From: Candidatus Thorarchaeota archaeon
GTDB lineage: Archaea > Asgardarchaeota > Thorarchaeia > Thorarchaeales > Thorarchaeaceae
DNA length: 26,714 nucleotides
Direction: 5' to 3'
NCBI GenBank assembly: GCA_029858305.1
Contig: JAOUFI010000027.1
Location: 1-26,714, forward strand
The notes under the pieces were generated by a model. That model had not been told where the DNA came from. It saw nothing but the letters and a program-made list of their open reading frames with translations, and did not search any database. The translations under genes were made by a program, and so were the position numbers. The first letter of the stretch is position 1. Every line of letters begins with the position of its first letter. Positions 18,010 to 24,695 of the stretch are shown piece by piece.

Positions 18010-18822
18010 ATGAGTCTTGTCAGCTATACGCAGACATTCAGAATAGAGAAGGAACTATCATCAATGCAGGAGCGACTTGAAACAGAACTGTATGCCTCCA
18101 TTGCGACTCTTGACCAGTTGAAGAAACTATATGACCTTGGCTCAGTCGATATAGGGTCATTTCAGCGAGAATCACAAGCTCTCCTACAGGAGGTACGTAA
18201 CCATATTGATGATTTGAAACGCATTGGATTAGATATAGGTGGATTCTTTGCTGGAGAACGGATTTCGGAATGTTTCCCAGATGCATCTGAGCTTCTCAGA
18301 CTTCGTGATTATACTCCTGCAAGAACATACCAGGGTATGAATGCTGACCAATACTATGATTACATAGGACTCGCAATACTTGATGTTGCGACAGAGCACG
18401 CCTCAAAAGGTCTAATGGGCCTTGCAGAGCTTATTGTTGAAGTTGTGCGCCGTCTACCTGAAATCAAATCTGTGACTTACAACGACGTGATAGAAGCAGT
18501 AAATCGAGTAGCAGATAATGGACTTATACCAGGCATTCGTACGCTTCGTGGCGGAGTTAAAGTTGTGGAATTGAGACCGCTTGAACTTCGACGTGACCAA
18601 GCTGATGTCGTCAATCTTGCTGCGTCTAAAGGTCACGTATCAATTGAAGATGTAATGATGCAACTCAAATGGTCTGAAGATCATGCACGTCAAGTACTCA
18701 CAAGTCTTGTAGAAACCGGAATGGCTGTTGCAGACATTCGCTTCTCAACAGGAGGAAGATACTACTTTCCCGGTCTTAGGTCTCGAGATAGATCCGAACC
18801 GTCGAATCTGGGAATCTACTGA
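18010..18822 (+). CDS. vps22: ESCRT-I/II fusion: Vps28 N-terminal-like helical domain fused to Vps22/Vps36 (EAP30) tandem winged-helix domain
   Basis: The C-terminal part YYDYIGLAILDV...GLMGLAEL...VTYNDVIEAV...PLELRRDQADVVNLAASKGHVSIEDVMMQLKWSEDHARQVLTSLVETGMAVAD...YYFPGL aligns by eye with the EAP30/SNF8 WH domains. The N-terminal part ELYASIATLDQLKKLYDLGSVDIGSFQRESQALL...FPDASELLR resembles Vps28-N. An alternative start is the ATG at 18064. Confidence 0.85.
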   Translation: MSLVSYTQTFRIEKELSSMQERLETELYASIATLDQLKKLYDLGSVDIGSFQRESQALLQEVRNHIDDLKRIGLDIGGFFAGERISECFPDASELLRLRDYTPARTYQGMNADQYYDYIGLAILDVATEHASKGLMGLAELIVEVVRRLPEIKSVTYNDVIEAVNRVADNGLIPGIRTLRGGVKVVELRPLELRRDQADVVNLAASKGHVSIEDVMMQLKWSEDHARQVLTSLVETGMAVADIRFSTGGRYYFPGLRSRDRSEPSNLGIY

Positions 18823-19553
18823 GTATCTATCAAAATTGCGCCTTTCTTCTTGTCTATCCATTCAGCAAATCCTTTCTCAACCATCAATGCCATCACGATA
18901 TACAGATCATTTTCTGGAAGCTTAGCAAAACTCTCTCTTGATTCTTGTATCACAATGGATTTGACATCAAGTCTGAGTTTTCCTGTTCTTAATGACCAAT
19001 CATATATTTTGTCTGCCCAGTCTTCAAGAGGTTTCCAATAGATTCTAAGTTGACGCTTTCTCTTGTCACTCCATTCTGCAACTTCCTTATCGATCAAAAC
19101 CTGTGCAATCATCTTGAAGGAATCGACCTTGTTCCTGAGGTTTTTGAAGGGAGGTTCACTGATGAATACTGCAAGTGATAAAACATGAACCTCATTCTGT
19201 TCTGCCCACTGAAGTAAATAATCCGACCATTCCTCTGCCCAGAGTGTTTTGTCTTCCTCTCGTGGAGGAATACCATACATCCATTCACTTTCCTCCGGAC
19301 CACCCCAAGCTGGTGTTAATACTATAAATGTCTCAACTTGCTCTTCTGCTTCTGTTTCATTTGCGAGAACTTCTGCACCTTGAACTGCTTTAGATGTGGC
19401 TGGCTTAGTGTCCTCGACAACAACTTCCGGGGTATGGCTTTGTGGTTCAGCTACTAGTGTAGCTTCATCTTGTTGGCTTGCTGCCACAATTTCAGCACTC
19501 TCAGGTTCTTGTGAAGCCTTTTCTCTAGGTTTCTCTTTTCTTTTTTCCTTCAT
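18816..19553 (-). CDS. vps25: ESCRT-II subunit Vps25 with ~75-aa charged, disordered N-terminal extension
   Basis: EEWSDYLLQW...PPFKNL...AEWSDKRKRQLRIYWKPLEDWADKIYDW...F..LPENDL...EKGFAEW matches the Vps25 tandem WH pattern (EWLDK.K...I.WR.PEEW...IY.W). The ATG is at 19553 (TTG at 19559 in the track). It sits directly downstream of vps4. Confidence 0.9.
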   Translation of the reverse strand: MKEKRKEKPREKASQEPESAEIVAASQQDEATLVAEPQSHTPEVVVEDTKPATSKAVQGAEVLANETEAEEQVETFIVLTPAWGGPEESEWMYGIPPREEDKTLWAEEWSDYLLQWAEQNEVHVLSLAVFISEPPFKNLRNKVDSFKMIAQVLIDKEVAEWSDKRKRQLRIYWKPLEDWADKIYDWSLRTGKLRLDVKSIVIQESRESFAKLPENDLYIVMALMVEKGFAEWIDKKKGAILIDTQ

Positions 19554-19562
19554 CCCCAATAT

Positions 19563-20792
19563 TTAGGAACCCTCCGCCCAGTCAATATATCTCCTGACAT
19601 CCTCTGGGGGAGTTGCTGGTCTGATGTTCTCGATAGCACTCAAGAAGTCATCCCGAGAAACAGGTCGGATGTCTAAGATTTCTCTCTCATCGTCCATTCT
19701 TCCTGTGCGTTGAAGGTCCCGTATTGGCTCCATCGCTGCTTCTCGACAGACGATACTAATGTCTCTCCCACTGTACCCCTCAGTTAGATCTGCCATTTCT
19801 TCATAATCGACCGTTGGAGAGACCTCAATATCCTCCATATGAGTTTCAAAGATTACTTTTCTTGCCTCTCTTCCGGGAAGTGGCACATGTATCTTCTTCT
19901 CAAATCTCGATCGAAGCGCAAAGTCCAGTTCCCATGGCAGGTTCGTAGCACCAATAAGAGTAATTCGATCTTCTGGATTACTCCCAAGACCCTGAAGTTC
20001 TGTCAAGAGCTGTGTCTTGAGGCGTCGTTCTCCTCCTACATCATCTCCAGAGCGAGATACTCCAATTGAATCGAGCTCATCAACAAAAATGATAGCAGGT
20101 TGACTCTTTCTAGCTAGTTCAAAGAGACTCATGACAAGACGCTCTGACTCTCCCAACCACTTGCTGACTATGTTTGCTGCAGAGACATTAAAGAATGTAG
20201 CATTAACCTCTGATGCAACCGCCTTAGCTATCAGCGTCTTTCCACAGCCCGCTGGTCCATAGAACAGTATTCCTCTCCAGGGCTGTCGTGCCTTTCCTTT
20301 GAAAAGCTCAGGATGCTTCATGGGTGTAACTATTGCATCATTTATCGCTTGCTTGGCATCTTCAAGCCCAGCAACCTCAGAAAGCTTGATTTTTGGTCGC
20401 TCAGAGATGATTGTATCTGATATCATCTCGTGTAATCTCTTGGTATCTTCATCAACATCTTGCTCCACCTTGGAAGTCTGGCGAACTGATATAGGCTGCG
20501 GAGAACCAACGTCTGATTTTGGCGGCACAACGAGACCATCTACTGGTCCAGCTGTCCTCTTCTTAATGCCAGAAAGAAATCTCACCCTGTCCACGCATTC
20601 CTGAGCGCGGTCGAAGTAATGTTTTCTTATGCTAGGGAGTGAAGCCGAGTTTGAAAGTTTGATGAGTATTTTGCTCGCCTTGAGGTAGAGCTGACAAGCT
20701 TCATTCTTCATCCCTCTCTGATCAAGTTCTATCGCTCTGTCTAGAAGACTCTTGAGCCCTTGGTCCAGTCTATCACTATCCGATCCGGCCAT
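19563..20792 (-). CDS. vps4: Vps4/CdvC AAA+ ATPase with N-terminal MIT domain
   Basis: MIT-like helices (LLDRAIELDQRGMKNEACQLY...YFDRAQEC), PWRGILFYGPAGCGKT (Walker A), SKWLGESERLV (pore loop 1), IIFVDELD (Walker B) and IGATNLPWELDFALRSRFEKKIHVPLP (SRH/Arg finger). Confidence 0.96.
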   Translation of the reverse strand: MAGSDSDRLDQGLKSLLDRAIELDQRGMKNEACQLYLKASKILIKLSNSASLPSIRKHYFDRAQECVDRVRFLSGIKKRTAGPVDGLVVPPKSDVGSPQPISVRQTSKVEQDVDEDTKRLHEMISDTIISERPKIKLSEVAGLEDAKQAINDAIVTPMKHPELFKGKARQPWRGILFYGPAGCGKTLIAKAVASEVNATFFNVSAANIVSKWLGESERLVMSLFELARKSQPAIIFVDELDSIGVSRSGDDVGGERRLKTQLLTELQGLGSNPEDRITLIGATNLPWELDFALRSRFEKKIHVPLPGREARKVIFETHMEDIEVSPTVDYEEMADLTEGYSGRDISIVCREAAMEPIRDLQRTGRMDDEREILDIRPVSRDDFLSAIENIRPATPPEDVRRYIDWAEGS

Positions 20793-20822
20793 GCGCGTTC
20801 ATGTGTACATTGTCTGTAGGAT

Positions 20823-20834
20823 GTTAAGACTTTC
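20823..20834 (-). promoter_or_regulatory. Putative BRE-TATA promoter of the vps4-vps25 operon
   Basis: The minus strand reads GAAAGTCTTAAC (purine-rich BRE plus TTAA box) about 30 nt upstream of the vps4 ATG. Confidence 0.45.
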
Positions 20835-20887
20835 TGTGTTGATTACCTGATACTCTCTTAGAGCGCGTTCTTGAGATTGAGGAGCTG

Positions 20888-20899
20888 CGAAGGTTTAAA
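20888..20899 (+). promoter_or_regulatory. Putative BRE-TATA promoter of the ESCRT-III gene
   Basis: CGAAGGTTTAAA (BRE-like plus TTTAAA) lies in the divergent intergenic region. An SD-like GGTGA at 20945-20949 sits 5 nt before the TTG at 20955. Confidence 0.5.
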
Positions 20900-20945
20900 C
20901 GAATAGTCCGTAATCAAAGACCTGAGCTGGTACTTAAGAAAAAGG

Positions 20946-21563
20946 GTGAAATCTTTGGCTTCAATTAGAAAGGCATTTGCGTGGGGAAAGAAGAAACCTG
21001 ATGTTGGCGAGATTTCTAGTCGCCTGAGGATACTAAGCAAACAGCTTGCTCGACAGAGAAATAAACTTGAGAAAGAGGAACGTGACACAAGAGCTCGGGC
21101 TGTACGAGCACGGAAAGCTGGGCAAGCAGATGCATACCAAACATATGCGACTGAGATGATTCGTTTCAGACGCTACGCGCTCTCTGTTGACAAGTCCCGG
21201 CTTCAAATATTGAAGATACTTGCACATCTAAACCGAGCACAGACATCTGCTAAGACCTCACTAGCACTTCAAGAAGTAGCCAAAATTCTAGGTATGCTGG
21301 GCGATTCTACTGATGCTTCCAAGGTTGTAGCTAATGTTGATGAGATTGCTCGAAGACTTGAGGAATTCGAGATTGAAGCGAGTATATCTGATGAAGCGCT
21401 TGATTCCACGATGGAAATTTCTTCTGATGATCTTTCAGCTGCAATGCAGGAAATAGACATAGAAGCTGGTCTTGCAGATGCCTCCTCGGTTAAGAGACCC
21501 TTGGGCGAGATTGAGTCTTTGGAAGACGATATCAAGTCATTAGAGCGGGAACTGGGCATTTAG
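20946..21563 (+). CDS. ESCRT-III (Snf7 family) protein, Vps2/Vps24/Vps46 (CHMP1-3)-like class
   Basis: It has a basic N-terminal helical hairpin (LRILSKQLARQRNKLEKEERDTRARAVRARKAGQADAYQTYATEMIRFRR, like CHMP1 ...ARVYAENAIRKK), an acidic C-half, an N-terminal amphipathic ASIRKAFAWG and a C-terminal MIM1-like helix ESLEDDIKSLERELGI. It is divergent from vps4. The probable start is the TTG at 20955. Confidence 0.92.
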   Translation: MKSLASIRKAFAWGKKKPDVGEISSRLRILSKQLARQRNKLEKEERDTRARAVRARKAGQADAYQTYATEMIRFRRYALSVDKSRLQILKILAHLNRAQTSAKTSLALQEVAKILGMLGDSTDASKVVANVDEIARRLEEFEIEASISDEALDSTMEISSDDLSAAMQEIDIEAGLADASSVKRPLGEIESLEDDIKSLERELGI

Positions 21564-21564
21564 A

Positions 21565-23181
21565 TTACTGCCAAAGGTGCCCTCTAGATTCTGTTGAACG
21601 GCGCTGGATTTCTCTCCTATTCAGGTACGAATTTCTCATGAGATCTTTGTACCTACGAATGAAATCTTCAGTCACTAGACGACCATCCCTTAGTAGATGC
21701 ACAGTATCTCTTATGGCACCATAGATTGATTCTGCATCTCTCTGAAGAACATCAATTGATGCGTTTGGTCGATACTGAGTTTCATATCCGTAACTAGGTT
21801 CAGTACGTCCGACCGTCCTTTCTAAATCCCTTCTGAAGTACTCTGGGGATGAATAACCTGATCCGTATGGAATTCCCTTTGGTTGAACCTGGGGATTGGA
21901 CCACGGTTGATTATTGTATCCAAGATCCGGTTTCAGTGATGGTATTGTTTCATCTTGTCTCTTGTTTGGTGATAGAAGCGAGTAAACCATCCCCTCAATT
22001 TTCAATCTTACATCACTGATACTGACCTCATCCTGTTCGATTTTTCGCACTCTTTGCATATCCGTCTGAACGTATCTCTCAAACTTTCTAGCTATTTCTA
22101 CATAGTCGGGTAGGACCTTCTTTGTTTGGTCTGTACAGGATATTCTTACCTCGCCCTGTTTTAACTTCAGAACTAGCCTTTTCCTGAACCTCCCATCCTC
22201 TTCAATCGATTTCAAGTATAGAAGTGGAAAATCAAAGACTGCTTCAATCTTTTTTCTAACTCTTCCAGTTTCTGCTAAAAATAATAGTCTCTTATTTGTC
22301 AAGTATAATGTTCCCAATGCTTTGTCATTCTTTAGGAAATCACTTCCTGCTACCTTCACATCTGGAAGTGCACAGACAGGTAGCTCCCCGACAGAGAGCT
22401 GGTTGTGTTCATAGAAGTTCGTGAATTGATTCTTGTAGTAATCAAGCCCATCTAACTGTCTCTTGACCTCCTTTAGTGTGATTCTGAGGGGCTCAAGTGC
22501 CTCGTCAACATTTTGCTTATAATAGATACCGAGTTCGGTGATTCTATTAGTTATTCCTTCAATAAATGGAAACTGTGAGGGACTCCATAGAGCGTAGTCG
22601 ACGAAATTCTTTGTTTCAGCAGCCATTCTTCTTGCCACAATCTCTGCTTGACTGCCAATTCGGTTTTTGATTGCTGGCAGCTCCTCTTGGATCGCCTCAA
22701 TCTTTTCTTCCAGCCATTTATAATGGAGGAAATTCGCCATTCTCAATGAAACTAGTAATCGTTTTGTGATACTAAGTTTATTGCTAAACTCGCGAAGTTT
22801 TGTATGTCCATATTGAATTGTCATTATAGCATGTCGCATCTCAAGAGCTAGAGTTCTTCTCTTATCCTCTAAAACAACAACGCGCACTGAATGGCATCTT
22901 GTGCAAATATCAACAGTACGCCTACCTTTGGTTAGATTCTCGGATTTGCACTCAGGACAGCTCTCAAACTTCTCGCCAGGGATGGGTTCTCCCAAAGAGT
23001 GATGACAGTCACCACATACAACATACTCATTCGATCTGTTATCAAGGCAATCTGAGCAGAGTGCCGCTCCGCAGTCTTCACACATGTGAGTCGCCCTATT
23101 GTTCTGGCAGGATTGGCATCGTTCAGATGTAGGCTCTTCTGTCAACTGAGTACCTCCGGTCATCATGTCTTTACGAGGCAT
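21565..23181 (-). CDS. ESCRT-associated multidomain protein: Cys-rich Zn-finger cluster, coiled coil, PH/GRAM-like domain, Pro/Tyr/Gly-rich linker, C-terminal steadiness-box (Vps23/Vps37-like) hairpin
   Basis: Six CxxC pairs in aa 22-96; helical aa ~105-255; ALGTLYLTNKRLLFLAE...FDFPLLYLKSIEE...RLVLKLKQGEVRIS (PH/GRAM/GLUE-like, aa ~262-367); and AIRDTVHLLRDGRLVTEDFIRRYKDLMRNSYLNRREIQR (aa ~489-527), which resembles the TSG101/Vps23 SB. The CDS is certain; the domain calls are by eye. Confidence 0.75.
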   Translation of the reverse strand: MPRKDMMTGGTQLTEEPTSERCQSCQNNRATHMCEDCGAALCSDCLDNRSNEYVVCGDCHHSLGEPIPGEKFESCPECKSENLTKGRRTVDICTRCHSVRVVVLEDKRRTLALEMRHAIMTIQYGHTKLREFSNKLSITKRLLVSLRMANFLHYKWLEEKIEAIQEELPAIKNRIGSQAEIVARRMAAETKNFVDYALWSPSQFPFIEGITNRITELGIYYKQNVDEALEPLRITLKEVKRQLDGLDYYKNQFTNFYEHNQLSVGELPVCALPDVKVAGSDFLKNDKALGTLYLTNKRLLFLAETGRVRKKIEAVFDFPLLYLKSIEEDGRFRKRLVLKLKQGEVRISCTDQTKKVLPDYVEIARKFERYVQTDMQRVRKIEQDEVSISDVRLKIEGMVYSLLSPNKRQDETIPSLKPDLGYNNQPWSNPQVQPKGIPYGSGYSSPEYFRRDLERTVGRTEPSYGYETQYRPNASIDVLQRDAESIYGAIRDTVHLLRDGRLVTEDFIRRYKDLMRNSYLNRREIQRRSTESRGHLWQ

Positions 23182-23309
23182 TACCTAAGAATAAGTTGTG
23201 TATTACTCATGCAACATTCCTGACATTAGTCGAATATCACAAATGATTGTCCAAGCCATAGAAGTTAAAACACACAATGAATCGATTTAGCTAAGCAAAG
23301 GAGATACCC

Positions 23310-24695
23310 ATGGAAGACCTTGCACAGATCGCCATTGAAGCAGCCTTGAAGACTGGTGCACGATTTGCGGACGTGAGAATTGAAAATTCCGCTACAACAA
23401 TCATCGAGCTCAATGATGGTGTTTCCAAACAATCTCTTTCATCTCGACTCAAGGGTGCTGGAATTCGAGCATTTATTGATGGTGCATGGGCATTTGCCCA
23501 TACAACAGACTTGACCAAGAGTGGGATGCGAGCAACTGGGGCGTCTGTAGCAAAAATGGCCATCGCTACCAGAAAGAGAGTTTCTGAGAAATTTGAGATT
23601 GAAGGCCCATCAGTTCAAGCGCGATCCTATTACAATGTCAAGAAACCTTTCAGTAAAACTACAATCGAAGAGAAGATGGCATTTGTTAAAGCAATAGATG
23701 ACCAGGCACGGGACTATGATGCTCGGGTATCTTCCACACGTACCATCTATGGAGATCTCTGGACTGAGCTCTATCTTGCTAATTCTCTTGGTACAAATGT
23801 TTACACTCAGAACTCAATTCCACGAATCATCTCTGCTCCAACAGCAAAAGAAGGAACAAACCGACAACGCGTACTCAAATCGCTAGGTGTTCGCGGCGGA
23901 TACGAAATCATGGATAGCGATGAGGCACAGAATATAGGGACAGCTGCTGCTGAACTTGTAATTGAATTACTCTCTTCAGTTTCTGTCAAAGGTGGAGTGT
24001 ATAATGTTGTAATGGATCCAATCCTTAATGGTGTGATGATCCATGAAGCTTTTGGTCATGCAGTCGAGGCTGATAATTGGCCAGCACACGCTACAGTTTT
24101 AGAAGATAAAGTTGGAACCCAAGTTGGTCCGGAGAATCTAAGCATCATCGATGATCCTACGCTTGACGGTATGCGGGGGTCCTATGAGTATGATTGGGAA
24201 GGGACAAAAGCGAAAAAGCGTCTTTTAGTCAAAGAGGGCATCCTAACAGATCTATTACATAGCCTAGAAACTGCGAGCAGACTTAATCTAGAGGCAAACG
24301 GCGCATCAAGGAGCCAATCTTTCATGTATGAGCCACTTCCAAGGATGAGTAATACTTTCATGGAACCTGGGGACTGGGAGGTTGATGAACTAATCCAAGA
24401 TACCAAGAGTGGAATCCTCCTTTGTAGCTTCAACTATGGCTACACTCAAACAGCGAAAGGGCAATTTATGTTTCAAGCAAGTCATGGATATCTGATAGAA
24501 AATGGAGAGAAGGGCCAGATGATAAGAGATGTTTCACTTGCTGGGAATATTCTCGAGGTACTTGCAAAGGTTGATGCGATTGGTAATGACTTCATGCTTG
24601 ATGCAGGAACCTGTGGAAAGAATGGTCAGGCTGTACCTACAATGACTGGCGGCCCCCACGCAAGAATTAGAGAAGTGCCTGTGGGAGGAATGTGA
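23310..24695 (+). CDS. tldD: TldD metalloprotease (catalytic subunit)
   Basis: Zn motif IHEAFGHAVEAD, YDWEG, PRMSNTF, and C-terminal GTCGKNGQAVP (Cys ligand). SD-like GGAG upstream. Confidence 0.95.
   Translation: MEDLAQIAIEAALKTGARFADVRIENSATTIIELNDGVSKQSLSSRLKGAGIRAFIDGAWAFAHTTDLTKSGMRATGASVAKMAIATRKRVSEKFEIEGPSVQARSYYNVKKPFSKTTIEEKMAFVKAIDDQARDYDARVSSTRTIYGDLWTELYLANSLGTNVYTQNSIPRIISAPTAKEGTNRQRVLKSLGVRGGYEIMDSDEAQNIGTAAAELVIELLSSVSVKGGVYNVVMDPILNGVMIHEAFGHAVEADNWPAHATVLEDKVGTQVGPENLSIIDDPTLDGMRGSYEYDWEGTKAKKRLLVKEGILTDLLHSLETASRLNLEANGASRSQSFMYEPLPRMSNTFMEPGDWEVDELIQDTKSGILLCSFNYGYTQTAKGQFMFQASHGYLIENGEKGQMIRDVSLAGNILEVLAKVDAIGNDFMLDAGTCGKNGQAVPTMTGGPHARIREVPVGGM

Noticed and set aside
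19563-20792. Alternative call as Cdc48, PAN, katanin or FtsH
   Set aside because: A single AAA domain with an MIT N-terminus, the PWRGIL and SKWLGESE motifs and the ESCRT context all indicate Vps4.
22891-23118. Cys cluster as a RING E3 ligase, canonical FYVE domain or multiheme cytochrome
   Set aside because: The spacing does not fit C3HC4/C3H2C3 RING, and the FYVE R(R/K)HHCR motif is absent. Two CxxCH occur (CGDCH, CTRCH), but there is no signal peptide and the other four CxxC lack His, so Zn binding is more likely.
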